From assembly GCA_043228905.1 (NCBI GenBank), contig JBHGNT010000001.1:20584001-20648000 (forward strand): a stretch of DNA of 64,000 nt, given 5' to 3'. Origin of the DNA: Azolla caroliniana. Its lineage: Eukaryota > Plantae > Polypodiophyta. Each line of letters begins with the position of its first letter. Positions within the stretch are counted from its first letter, which is position 1. Below the pieces are notes generated by a model. The model did no database searches. It was not told the DNA's origin and saw only the letters and a program-made list of their open reading frames with translations. Both the position numbers and the translations under genes were made by a program. Shown here in pieces: positions 12,350 to 24,253 of the stretch.

Positions 12350-12631
12350 TATCAACACTGTTCATCAGCACTGTTCTTCTCCTTTCCCATCTGGAGGGAC
12401 CTGTCTCCCAACAAACTCCCCCTTCACTCCGGCATGGGGTGTCTTACTAGTCTGATCCTCTTCCGGCATGTATCCAGCTTGTCAGGTATCTATCAGCACT
12501 GTTCATCAGCACTGTTCTTCTCCTTTCCCATCCGGAGGGACCTGTCTCCCAACAAACTCCCCCTTCACTCCGGCATGGGGTGTCTTACTAGTCTGATCCT
12601 CTTCCGGCATGTATCCAGCTTGTTAGGTATC
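12350..12631. repeat. ~141-bp tandem duplication covering RNase H end, PPT and LTR start
   Basis: ATCAGCACTGTTC...CCCAACAAACTCCCCCTTC...GGTATC occurs twice. Confidence 0.9.
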
Positions 12632-15600
12632 AGCACTTTGGTCAGCATGTCTAACCCGTTCTCAACCGTGTGGATCTTCGTCAGTGCGAACTCCTGGTCA
12701 TCTACTCTTTCCCGGATCCAGTGATATCTTCGCTGGATATGCTTCATCCGGGAATGGTAGGCCGCATTCTTAGCAAGATGGATGGCACTTTGACTATCGC
12801 AATAGAGTCGGTATTCATCTTGTCGGACACCGAGCTCTCCGATGAAGTCCTTCATCTATAATATTTCCTTGCCGGCTTCCACAGCCGCCATGTACTCCGC
12901 CTCCGTGGTTGACAATGCAACCGTCTTCTGCAGCCTCGACTGCCACGAAACAACTCCCCCTGCATATGTCATTACATACCCGGATGTAGACCAACTGATA
13001 TCCACATCAGCCGACATGTCCGAATTGGTGAAGCCGTCCAGTTGAGGTTTTTCGGAGCCGAATCGGAGACACATATTTGAAGTGCCCTTCAAATACCGGA
13101 GTATCCATTTGACCACGTTCCAGTGCTCCTTGTCGGGATTGCTCATGAACCGGCTCACCACTCCGACTGCGTATCCTATATCCGGTCGGGTACAAACCAT
13201 TGCATACATTAAGCTCCCGACGGCAGAGGCATATGGAATCTTCATCATATCCTCCTTCTCTGCTTTCATCTTTGCGCTTTGCTTACCGGATAACCTGCAG
13301 TTTTCCGGAAGTGTCGATCCGACCGGTTTCGCATCTGACATGTTGAACCGGTGAAGTACCTTTGTCACGTACTTCTCCTATGACAGCCATAATTGCTTCG
13401 CTGACCGGTTCCGGATAATATGCATCCCCAGCATCTGTCTTGCCGGACCCAAGTCTTTCATTGAGAAGGTCCGGTTGAGAGCCTTCTTCAGCATCCGTAT
13501 TTTGACTTGGTCCCGTCCGACGATCAACATGTCGTCCACGTACAGAAGGAGTATCAGGAAGTCGCCTCCTTCGAACTTCTTCACAAACATGCAGTGATCG
13601 GCCTGCGTCTTGTGGTACCCTTGATCGGTCATGAAGGAGTCGAACTTCCGGTACCATTGCCGGGGGGCCTGCTTCAACCCGTAGAGGCTCTTCTTCAACC
13701 GGCATACCATGTGCTCCTTCCCTTTCTCCACGAATCCCTCCGGTTGCTGCATGTAGATCTCCTCTTCGAGGTCGCCGTCTTCACGTCCAGCTGTTCTACC
13801 TCGAGGTCCATGCTTGCCGCTATACTCAGCACTGTCCGGATGGAGGTTATCTTAACTACCGGGGCAAATATCTCGTCAAAGTCCACGCCCTTTTTCTGCT
13901 GGAACCCCTTCACCATGATCCTGGCTTTGTATCTCGGGGGGTTGCCGGCATCTCCCGGTTTCAACTTGTACACCCACTTATTTCGGAGTGCCCGCTTTCC
14001 TTTCGGCAACTCCACCAATTCGTACGTATGGTTCTCATGCAGGGAATCCATCTCATCCTGCATGGCACTTAACCATTTTCGGCTATGGGTGTCATCCTTC
14101 GCTTCTTCTAAGCTTTCCGGCTCCCCCTCATCGGTCAGCAGAACATGCTCTGCATCCGGAAATCTCTAGGGCGCCCTTCTCTCTCTGAGAGGATATCTCC
14201 ATCTTCGGGCTTCGGCAACCGGCTCCTCCATTTGCTCTTCATCCGAATCCGATTCGGGGTCTTGGCCGGTTCCGGTTTCAACTTCCTCTACTTCTTCTTC
14301 AGCCTATTCGGTATCCTCACCGTAACCGGCTGGTCCCTCGAGTGCTAACCGGTCTCTTGCCAGTTGGGTCCGCTCATCATAGAGTCGATCCTTACTGGTC
14401 GACTCGGAGTTCATTATCTTCTTCTCCGACTCCCATTCAGCAAGCGTCTTGTCCTCCATGAAGATAATATCTCGACTCCGGAATACCTTCTTGTCGACCA
14501 GGTCCCACACTCGGTAGCCAAACTCATCTTCACCGTAACCGAGGAATATGTATGGCCGGGTCTTTGGATCTAACTTTCCTCTCCAGTCCTTAGCTACATG
14601 CACGTACGCGAGACACCCGAACACCTTCAGATGCCGGTAGGATACTTCCTTACCGGTCCATACTCTCTGTGGTGTGTCTCCGTCCAAGGGTACTGAGGGT
14701 GATCTATTTATCACATATGTCGCCGTTGACAATGCCTCAGCCCAAAACTTCTTGGGTAGTTTTGCATGCGCTAGCATACTCCGGACCCTCTCCATTATGG
14801 TCTGGTTCATCCTCTCCGCCAGCCCATTTAGTTCCGGCAAATTCGGCACAGTAAATTCGAGCCGGATTCCCTTCGAGCGGCAGTACTCCTCGAACTGCCC
14901 CCGGTATTCTGCTCCGTTATCTGCTCGAACCGCCTTCAGCTTCCGGCCGGTTTCTCTTTCCACTCTCGCGTGGAGCTCTTTGAAGAAGGATAGCACCTGA
15001 TCCTTCGTCTTCAATGGTGTGGCCCACAGCTTCCGACTGTGGTCATCTATGAACGTCACGAAGTACTGCGCTCCGGCATGTGACTTCGTGTCTACTTGAC
15101 ACACATCCATATGCACCAACTCCAGTGGTGCATTACGTCTCATCGATGGCCTTGGTCGGAAGGAGGTCCGGTTTTGCTTACCGGCCAGACAATTAGTGCA
15201 CTTCTCCAAGTGCACGCTCTTCATTGGAATGAGGTTGTCGTCTACAAGCCTTTTCATCCCCTTCTCGCTCATATGACACAGTCTCTTGTGCCACAGCTCA
15301 CCGGTTCACTTCTTCCGGACATTACCGGGCATTCATCAGGTACAGTGTGTTGACCTTCCGGGCCCGAGCCACAATCAGGCTCCCTTTGCTGAACTTCATG
15401 ACACCGTTCCGGATGCTACCCGTGTAGCCTTCATCATCTAGCCGACCGGCTGATATCAAGTTCAGACGAACCTCCGGAACGTGTCAGACATCCTCTAGTA
15501 GCAACTTGCATCCGGTTGGTGTGGACAGCCACACGTCTCCTATGCCGACAATTCGGCATGTACCTTCATTCCCCATCCGGACACAGCCGTGATCACCAGC

Positions 15601-16581
15601 TGAGTAGGATGAGAAGCATTTCCCGTCCGGGGTAAGATGGAACGACGCTCCGGAGTCTACCACCCAGGTCATCTCGTCGTCGGCAAGGTTTATCTCACTC
15701 TCCTCGATGATGAGCATCAACTCTTCTTCACTTGCCGCGATTGCCGTCGTTCCCTTCCGGTTCAGCCCCCTCCGGTCTTTGTCGTTCCGGTCTGGGGTCC
15801 GCTTCGAATCGGTACCGTCGGTCTCCTTATCTTTTCGGAAATGCCGACAGTTCTTTTGGAAGTGACCCGGCTTGCCACAATAGAAGCAAGTAGGCCTTCC
15901 CCTTGACTTTGATCGTGTCCCCGACTTCTCCCGGTTCTGCGGACTACGGTTTCTATGTCTTCCGCATTCAGATTCGGTAAGGAGCGCTTTGGAGTCAGAG
16001 CTCGTATCTTTATCTTTCCGATGCGCCTCCTCATCTAGCAAGCTCTACTTTACTCTTGCTAGGGAAAACCGTTTCCCTTCCGGCCCGGCGTTGCCCAAAG
16101 TGACAACCAACGTCTCCCAGCTATCCGGGAGGGAACCGAGCAGGAGTAGCACTAGTACCTCATCGGCGAGAGGTACTTCCAATGAAGTTGCCTGGTGGAT
16201 CAGCCCCTGGAAGGCATTCATGTGCTCTGCCATGCTAGAGCCATCTTGGTACCGGAGTCTTACTAGCTTCCGGAATACCGAAACTTGATTAACAACATTT
16301 TTGTTTTGAAACATTATGCCGATCTTCTCCCAAAGCTCATGAGCCTTGCTCTCTTCATTGAAGTTGTTGTATAGGCTCATGTCGATGAAGCACCGTACGT
16401 ATGTTGTTGTCTTCATGTGCATCACCTCCCATATTGTGGCGTCGATTTTGTCCGGTCTCTTGTCCCCAAACTGAACCGGCAGCCAGAGGTCTTTAACCAC
16501 GAGCATGTCCCTCATCTTCGATTTCCACACTGAATAGTTGGAGCCGGTGAGCTTGAATATGCCACCAAACCATTCGTCCAT
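12565..16581 (-). pseudogene. Copia gag-pol, fragmented
   Basis: ORFs 16045-16581, 15484-16041, 14304-15272, 13695-14063, 13378-13752, 12856-13368, 12565-12855. Confidence 0.92.
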
Positions 16582-17062
16582 TTTTCTGTGTCGTTTTGCT
16601 CTAATACCACTTGACGGGAACTACAACGTTCCTTATGCGCAACGCTCAGCCACAACCGAGCTTAAAATTATACACAAAAAACAGGAAATGAATGCATGAC
16701 ACAAGAGAAGAGAATGAGTACGCGGGATGTTTACGTGGAAAACCCAAACTAAGGGAAAAACCACGGCAGCCCACAAGCTGCAAACTATCACTATGCTAGA
16801 ATGTACAACAGTGAGTTCACGGAGGCAACGACCTCGTGCTCACGATCTTCGCCACAGGTGGCGGTTACAACTAAGGCAGCGACCTCTTCCTCTCTCTCAC
16901 TCTCTCTGTACACAGTTACGCGCTCTGATCTCGCGCAGACCACAATAAAACAACCACCCCTAAAAGTTTGCCCTAAGTCATATTTATACTAATATGACTT
17001 TTCGGCTATTTACAAATATAGCCTCTATGGACTCTCAGAAACATATTTACGAATATGTCTCT

Positions 17063-17335
17063 TCATCCGGTTCTCATCGGGTCTGCACCATCCGGCTCTC
17101 CGTAGCCGGGTACTCCTCATCCGGTTCTCACCGGGTCTGCACCATCCGGCTCTCCGTAGCCGGGTACTCCTCATCCGGTTCTCACCGGGTCTACACCATC
17201 CGGCTCTCCGTAGCCGGGTACTCCTCATCCGGTTCTCACCGGATCTGCACCATCCGGCTCTCCGTAGCCGGGTACTCCTCATCCGGTCTTCACCAGGTCT
17301 GCACCATCCGGCTCTCCGTAGTCAGGTACTCGTCA
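17063..17335. repeat. 54-bp tandem repeat x5 in the Copia LTR U3
   Basis: TCATCCGGTTCTCACCGGGTCTGCACCATCCGGCTCTCCGTAGCCGGGTACTCC units; related ~56-bp x2 at ~4216-4330. Confidence 0.92.
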
Positions 17336-17401
17336 TACGGTTTCCCATCAGCACTGTTCTTCTCCTTTCCCATCCGGAAGGACCTGTCTCCCAACATCTT
17401 T

Positions 17402-17850
17402 GATAGATTTGTCCATCCATTTAATTTTAAATTCTCGGATTTCTTTAGTACGTAACTTTTTTGTTTTAACATCGAGAATTCTTTCTGGTACATTTGGTTT
17501 CGAAGATAAATCTTCAGAAGTAACCAGAGTTTCAGTTGTAACTGTGTTGTCGCCAGAACCTAGAAGTTCTTTTAGACGACTCACATGGAAGACTGGATGA
17601 ATTCCAACACCATCGGGAAGAGCGAGACGATAGGCTGATGACCCAATGCGTCTGAGGATTGTAAAAGGTCCACAAAACCGTGGGGCTAGCTTAGCGCACT
17701 TACCCGTACACAATGTCTTAGAATTGTGAGGTACACGTAAAAATACCTTCTGTCCAGGGTTGAATACACGAGGTTGCCTATGATGGTCGGCATAAAAACG
17801 CGCTCTATCTTGAGCTGTTTTTATTATCTCATGCAATATGCAACATATCT
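17402..17850 (-). pseudogene. Gypsy integrase C-terminus (GPF) and chromodomain N-half
   Basis: KLAPRFCGPFTILRRIGSSAYRLALP..HPVFHVSRLK..PERILD. Confidence 0.88.
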
Positions 17851-19010
17851 TGCATATCCCCATATCTTACGGTGGGTTGGATTCCCCATATCTGAACCAA
17901 ACGATCATTCACAAAATTGTGTGAGCTTCCCGAATCAAATAAAAATTGTACAGGAGATCCATTGATATACCCGTTTGCACGTAGTAAATCATTGGGACCC
18001 AATACATAGTGAGGGAAAGAACATTGACAATTACTTAAATGATGTGTATAGACCTGAAGGACATTAGGAATCTGACCTTTATGGTCTGAAGCTTTAGGTT
18101 TGCTGTCATGCTCTTTCCGTTGGAGCTTTCGACATTGCTCTTTTGTGTGACCCTTTATTTTGCAGAATACGCAAAAAGGATGTTGTCGCTTACAATCGCG
18201 ATCCAGGAATTCGTTGGGTGTCTTGCGTTTCCCAACAAATTGTGACTGCTTAGTCCTGGGCGCTTCGTTGAGTTTTTTGTGGTCCTTCTTCGAAGTGCGT
18301 TGATAGCGAAGAACTATTTCAACGGCCTCTTCGAAGGATTTTGGATCCTTATCGTGCATTATCCAGTGATAGTCCGAATTGGGGATGCCATTCACAAAAC
18401 AAGCTATCAACCAATTATCCCCTTCTAGACCCGATTTTTGGATTTGGGTTCTAGCATGGTGAACATAGTCTTCTAGCGAGGAAAATTTCCTACTAGAGAG
18501 GTTCATTAAAGCTTGTGTTGCCTCGGTTCGAGAGAGAGGTTGCCGAAATTGGCCCTTAAAAACCGTGACAAAATCTGTCCAGGTATCGGGTAATTTCCCC
18601 ATAGTACGGAGCCCACGCCACCAGGCGGCGGCCTTACCCCTGAGTTCTCGGCCGACATATGCAATCTTCGTACTATCTGGCATGGGATAGAGCTCAAAAT
18701 GAGACTCCCATCGTCCCAGCCATGTGCAGATTGCTTCTTCGGTTCTTTCCTTTTTGTCTCCCGTAAATGGCTTAACGGAAAATGATGGTTCACCTTGTCG
18801 CTCATCAGGTCTATTAGTCTCACGTTGTAGACTAATGAGACGTGCCTCAAGAGCACTCTGAGATTGCCGAAGTTCGGTCATTTGTTGAGCGGTGAAACTA
18901 AGGTATTGGCTTATTTGTGCCAAACACATCTCAGTGGACATTTGTCCAGGAGGATTTCCTTGAGTTCCTTCCACTTGAGCGGATGACATCAGGTCGTTAA
19001 TTTGAGCCAT
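17850..19010 (-). CDS. Chromovirus Gag with zinc knuckle and start of protease
   Basis: LRGKAAAWW..TWTDF gag core, CVFCKIKGHTKEQC, LFDSGSSHNF; RT/RH deleted. Confidence 0.85.
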
Positions 19011-19909
19011 TAAAGATTATTTTTGGAAAAGAAATACGATAAGGTCAGAGAGATAGTCATAACATCATGTCGTGATGTAAACATATCGTGGGCAAACATT
19101 AATCGATATCATGATCTCACGTCAATACCCCTCTAGACGTATGAGATGAGGTTCAAGATCAGGTTACTATGTGTGAAAGTGTTTTTAGAATTCAAGCCAT
19201 TGGACACTAAAAGAATATAAGGTATGGAGGATTCACATTTGGAGGACAAGGACATGAACTAACATCTCGTGGATAAGTCCAAATAAAAGCAATAAAGATG
19301 GAGAAAAGTTAAAAAGAGAAAAAGCAGACCACCAAAACGCAGTCAGAAACAAATGCTCATAACTCTCTCGTTTGACACCCAAATATCACGTGTAAATATG
19401 GGTTAGAAAGCTTATGACGAGAGTTATCCGTAGCTTTTTAAAACTCTAAATTTGGAGCATGGATGAGGGAGATATGACGATTAGAAGATCGTTGTGTCAT
19501 AGCTAAGAATAGGAGATGGAAAAGCTCTAAAAAAAGCGTGGAAAAGAAAGCAAGCGAAACTTATCTACTAGAGGAGAACTTCATATAAAGCAAGAAGAGT
19601 GAAGTGGTGAGAAGGAGTCTTTTTCTTGTGGGGTTTTTCTTGCCTATTCATGTAGTGCGTTTTTTCTAGTGATCAATTCATCCTTGTAGGCTTGAGTTTA
19701 TGTATCTTCTTTCTCTTGTTTCTATGATCATCACTCCTTATTAATATATCTTTGTAGATTTGGGTTTCTATATCTTCCTTCTCTCTATTTTCTATCATCA
19801 TATCTCTTTTCATTTTTGGCGCTCCAGGGAGGGTCGATCCTTTCCGTATAACGGGAGGAACGGTTGCCCACTCATTGATGGTTGGATCTACCGATTCATC
19901 ATCAAACTA

Positions 19910-21583
19910 ATGGCAAGATATGGAGTTCGCGATGCGACAGATCTACGAAGAGAACTTTTCCAATTGCGTATGGTTTCACCAATGTGCTACCTCGAGTATG
20001 AGAAGACGTTTTTGGATATATGGTCCACTTGGATTGGACTTGTTGGAGGCGTTGAAGATGTATACTTCAAGATGGAAAGATTCAAAGCAGGGCTAGATCC
20101 ATATTTTCAATATGAAGTGCATATGAAGTACCCAAGGTCTTTCCATGATTTGCTTCGAGTATGTCAAAGTTATGATCAACAATTGAAGAAGTTGTTATTC
20201 GGTGAAGCATATGGAGTATCGGCGTCATATACCATAAATCCAAGCTATAATAATTATGGATCGGTCATGAGCCAACAACCAGCCTACTTGCAATGTCCGA
20301 TTCAACAGGTTCCCTCATATCATTATTCTAATTTTTGGAGTTATAATGATGTCTATGAAGGTGATTCCAGAGACAATGAAGAAGAGGTGATGAATGTGGA
20401 GTTCCCCCATCTAGTTCATGAGGACAACCATGATATAAAGAATGATGATGTGAAAGACGAATCTAATGAGATTGTTATGAGAAGCGATGTTATGGATGGT
20501 GATGCCAATGTACATCATGTTGAGGGCATTATTGATACAACAAGCGATATGGTGGTTGATGATGAATATGTGCAAGATGAAATGGAAGATATGACAAAAG
20601 AAGTTGTTGATGGTGAAGTACCCACAACGAAGTTGCAAGATGAAGAAGGTAACCTAGAAGTGATAGCTGGAGATTGGCTTTTGGAGATCAATGCGTGTAA
20701 GGAAGCATTGGTGAGTGCCAAGTTGCAGTGTATGAAGGTGTTCGTGCATGATTTATGTTTTGGATTTGCATTGAGTAGCAACAAAGTTATGTGGGCATCA
20801 ACTCTTCAACAACAATTTGATCAAGAGCAAAGAGAATTACTTGCAATGCATGATTGGAGTATCATGAACTTATCACCATCAAAGGATCCACCACAACTAA
20901 TCAAATGTATAAAGGAGAAGGAATCATCTATCGACAATGGCAATCAAGAAGAGGAAAGCATAACAATTGATGAATCTGCGTGGGATAGGGAAAACAAATC
21001 ATTCCACATGGTGTCTAAGGAGGAAGAAGAAGTCATTGAAGAGAAAAGTATTATCACCCTAAAGGGGAAAAAGAAGATGATTTCAAACGATGTCCAAGGA
21101 GAAGAGGATCTAAGGTTTATTTCTCTCTTTTTTAAGTTTACAAAGTTATTCATAAATGAGTATTCACAGATAAGAGGAGAAGGCATCAAGCACCACATCA
21201 AGTTGGAGAATTTGAAGTTTGTCTCACTTATTGTGGTTGTTCCAAAGGAGAAAGACGTCAACTTCCAATCCTTGAATGATTCAACCAAACGAGATTTATT
21301 TTTGCTTCCTTTTCGAGATGAGATTCTAGATGAAATGGTCATACATAAAAAACAAGGTAATGTGGAGAATGTGGTGTGCCAAGAAGAAAGTCATGTTGAT
21401 GAAGCAAAGATTGACATAATTCAAAATATGACAATTCTGACAAGTCTCGAAGCTTTGACGGTATTTGTACAAAAGGTTCGCTCGCTCGAAAGATTTATTC
21501 ATATGTTAACATGCTTACTTCTATCAAGAGTTATGTATCACATAGACCTACTTCTGTTTGGAAAGTTGATGAAGATATACTAA
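19910..21583 (+). CDS. Single ORF (557 aa from ATG): Gag-like N-terminus, acidic linker, protease/RT relics without catalytic core
   Basis: ELFQLRM..FKAGLDP gag-like; IVVVPK, LNDSTKRDLFLLPF, VDEAKIDII align to RT of 35763-41636. Confidence 0.7.
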   Translation: MARYGVRDATDLRRELFQLRMVSPMCYLEYEKTFLDIWSTWIGLVGGVEDVYFKMERFKAGLDPYFQYEVHMKYPRSFHDLLRVCQSYDQQLKKLLFGEAYGVSASYTINPSYNNYGSVMSQQPAYLQCPIQQVPSYHYSNFWSYNDVYEGDSRDNEEEVMNVEFPHLVHEDNHDIKNDDVKDESNEIVMRSDVMDGDANVHHVEGIIDTTSDMVVDDEYVQDEMEDMTKEVVDGEVPTTKLQDEEGNLEVIAGDWLLEINACKEALVSAKLQCMKVFVHDLCFGFALSSNKVMWASTLQQQFDQEQRELLAMHDWSIMNLSPSKDPPQLIKCIKEKESSIDNGNQEEESITIDESAWDRENKSFHMVSKEEEEVIEEKSIITLKGKKKMISNDVQGEEDLRFISLFFKFTKLFINEYSQIRGEGIKHHIKLENLKFVSLIVVVPKEKDVNFQSLNDSTKRDLFLLPFRDEILDEMVIHKKQGNVENVVCQEESHVDEAKIDIIQNMTILTSLEALTVFVQKVRSLERFIHMLTCLLLSRVMYHIDLLLFGKLMKIY

Positions 21584-22579
21584 TTGTTGTAACCTCTTTC
21601 TTTGTGTTGACAAGGAGAAAGATGGTGATGGCAATTGTCAATGTGTATGTGTGTGTGTTTAGAAGTGTGAGGTTTTTCCTATCGACTAGCGGGGGTTTTA
21701 CTCACATAGTTTGTTTCTTTTCTATTTATTTTCTCCTTCTTTGTCTATAGCCATGAATAAGGCGAAGGAGAACCTTTAGTTTTATTAGTAGCTTAGGGTT
21801 CACCATAAATGGTTCACCAAGAAGCAAGGGGGAGGGCTAAATGTGAAAGTGTTTTTAGAATTCAAGCCATTGGACACTAAAAGAATATAAGGTATGGAGG
21901 ATTCACATTTGGAGGACAAGGACATGAACTAACATCTCGTGGATAAGTCCAAATAAAAGCAATAAAGATGGAGAAAAGTTAAAAAGAGAAAAAGCAGACC
22001 ACCAAAACGCAGTCAGAAACAAATGCTCATAACTCTCTCGTTTGACACCCAAATATCACGTGTAAATATGGGTTAGAAAGCTTATGACGAGAGTTATCCG
22101 TAGCTTTTTAAAACTCTAAATTTGGAGCATGGATGAGGGAGATATGACGATTAGAAGATCGTTGTGTCATAGCTAAGAATAGGAGATGGAAAAGCTCTAA
22201 AAAAAGCGTGGAAAAGAAAGCAAGCGAAACTTATCTACTAGAGGAGAACTTCATATAAAGCAAGAAGAGTGAAGTGGTGAGAAGGAGTCTTTTTCTTGTG
22301 GGGTTTTTCTTGCCTATTCATGTAGTGCGTTTTTTCTAGTGATCAATTCATCCTTGTAGGCTTGAGTTTATGTATCTTCTTTCTCTTGTTTCTATGATCA
22401 TCACTCCTTATTAATATATCTTTGTAGATTTGGGTTTCTATATCTTCCTTCTCTCTATTTTCTATCATCATATCTCTTTTCATTTTTGGCGCTCCAGGGA
22501 GGGTCGATCCTTTCCGTATAACGGGAGGAACGGTTGCCCACTCATTGATGGTTGGATCTACCGATTCATCATCAAACTA

Positions 22580-24253
22580 ATGGCAAGATATGGAGTTCGC
22601 GATGCGACAGATCTACGAAGAGAACTTTTCCAATTGCGTATGGTTTCACCAATGTGCTACCTCGAGTATGAGAAGACGTTTTTGGATATATGGTCCACTT
22701 GGATTGGACTTGTTGGAGGCGTTGAAGATGTATACTTCAAGATGGAAAGATTCAAAGCAGGGCTAGATCCATATTTTCAATATGAAGTGCATATGAAGTA
22801 CCCAAGGTCTTTCCATGATTTGCTTCGAGTATGTCAAAGTTATGATCAACAATTGAAGAAGTTGTTATTCGGTGAAGCATATGGAGTATCGGCGTCATAT
22901 ACCATAAATCCAAGCTATAATAATTATGGATCGGTCATGAGCCAACAACCAGCCTACTTGCAATGTCCGATTCAACAGGTTCCCTCATATCATTATTCTA
23001 ATTTTTGGAGTTATAATGATGTCTATGAAGGTGATTCCAGAGACAATGAAGAAGAGGTGATGAATGTGGAGTTCCCCCATCTAGTTCATGAGGACAACCA
23101 TGATATAAAGAATGATGATGTGAAAGACGAATCTAATGAGATTGTTATGAGAAGCGATGTTATGGATGGTGATGCCAATGTACATCATGTTGAGGGCATT
23201 ATTGATACAACAAGCGATATGGTGGTTGATGATGAATATGTGCAAGATGAAATGGAAGATATGACAAAAGAAGTTGTTGATGGTGAAGTACCCACAACGA
23301 AGTTGCAAGATGAAGAAGGTAACCTAGAAGTGATAGCTGGAGATTGGCTTTTGGAGATCAATGCGTGTAAGGAAGCATTGGTGAGTGCCAAGTTGCAGTG
23401 TATGAAGGTGTTCGTGCATGATTTATGTTTTGGATTTGCATTGAGTAGCAACAAAGTTATGTGGGCATCAACTCTTCAACAACAATTTGATCAAGAGCAA
23501 AGAGAATTACTTGCAATGCATGATTGGAGTATCATGAACTTATCACCATCAAAGGATCCACCACAACTAATCAAATGTATAAAGGAGAAGGAATCATCTA
23601 TCGACAATGGCAATCAAGAAGAGGAAAGCATAACAATTGATGAATCTGCGTGGGATAGGGAAAACAAATCATTCCACATGGTGTCTAAGGAGGAAGAAGA
23701 AGTCATTGAAGAGAAAAGTATTATCACCCTAAAGGGGAAAAAGAAGATGATTTCAAACGATGTCCAAGGAGAAGAGGATCTAAGGTTTATTTCTCTCTTT
23801 TTTAAGTTTACAAAGTTATTCATAAATGAGTATTCACAGATAAGAGGAGAAGGCATCAAGCACCACATCAAGTTGGAGAATTTGAAGTTTGTCTCACTTA
23901 TTGTGGTTGTTCCAAAGGAGAAAGACGTCAACTTCCAATCCTTGAATGATTCAACCAAACGAGATTTATTTTTGCTTCCTTTTCGAGATGAGATTCTAGA
24001 TGAAATGGTCATACATAAAAAACAAGGTAATGTGGAGAATGTGGTGTGCCAAGAAGAAAGTCATGTTGATGAAGCAAAGATTGACATAATTCAAAATATG
24101 ACAATTCTGACAAGTCTCGAAGCTTTGACGGTATTTGTACAAAAGGTTCGCTCGCTCGAAAGATTTATTCATATGTTAACATGCTTACTTCTATCAAGAG
24201 TTATGTATCACATAGACCTACTTCTGTTTGGAAAGTTGATGAAGATATACTAA
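22580..24253 (+). CDS. Identical second copy of the Gag/RT-relic ORF
   Basis: Same translation as 19910-21583. Confidence 0.7.
   Translation: MARYGVRDATDLRRELFQLRMVSPMCYLEYEKTFLDIWSTWIGLVGGVEDVYFKMERFKAGLDPYFQYEVHMKYPRSFHDLLRVCQSYDQQLKKLLFGEAYGVSASYTINPSYNNYGSVMSQQPAYLQCPIQQVPSYHYSNFWSYNDVYEGDSRDNEEEVMNVEFPHLVHEDNHDIKNDDVKDESNEIVMRSDVMDGDANVHHVEGIIDTTSDMVVDDEYVQDEMEDMTKEVVDGEVPTTKLQDEEGNLEVIAGDWLLEINACKEALVSAKLQCMKVFVHDLCFGFALSSNKVMWASTLQQQFDQEQRELLAMHDWSIMNLSPSKDPPQLIKCIKEKESSIDNGNQEEESITIDESAWDRENKSFHMVSKEEEEVIEEKSIITLKGKKKMISNDVQGEEDLRFISLFFKFTKLFINEYSQIRGEGIKHHIKLENLKFVSLIVVVPKEKDVNFQSLNDSTKRDLFLLPFRDEILDEMVIHKKQGNVENVVCQEESHVDEAKIDIIQNMTILTSLEALTVFVQKVRSLERFIHMLTCLLLSRVMYHIDLLLFGKLMKIY

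Larger units (their letters stand above)
12176..17396 (-). mobile_element. Full-length degenerate Copia element B (Tork-like), TSD TCTTT
   Basis: 5' LTR 16612-17396; PBS TGGTATTAGAGC; gag (CFYCGKPGHFQKNC), PR (VVDSGAS), INT, RT, RH with stops and frameshifts; shortened 3' LTR 12176-12413; TCTTT at 12171-12175 and 17397-17401. Confidence 0.95.

Noticed and set aside
17063-17335. CRISPR-like array (also 36187-36375, 26190-26440, 32880-33285)
   Set aside because: Head-to-tail repeats or short degenerate hairpins without constant repeat plus unique spacer; no cas genes; eukaryotic TE context
19815-19842. tRNA gene (TGGCGCTCCAGGGAGGGTCGATCC)
   Set aside because: Only an antisense 3'-end match next to an LTR, i.e. 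a primer-binding site, not a full tRNA
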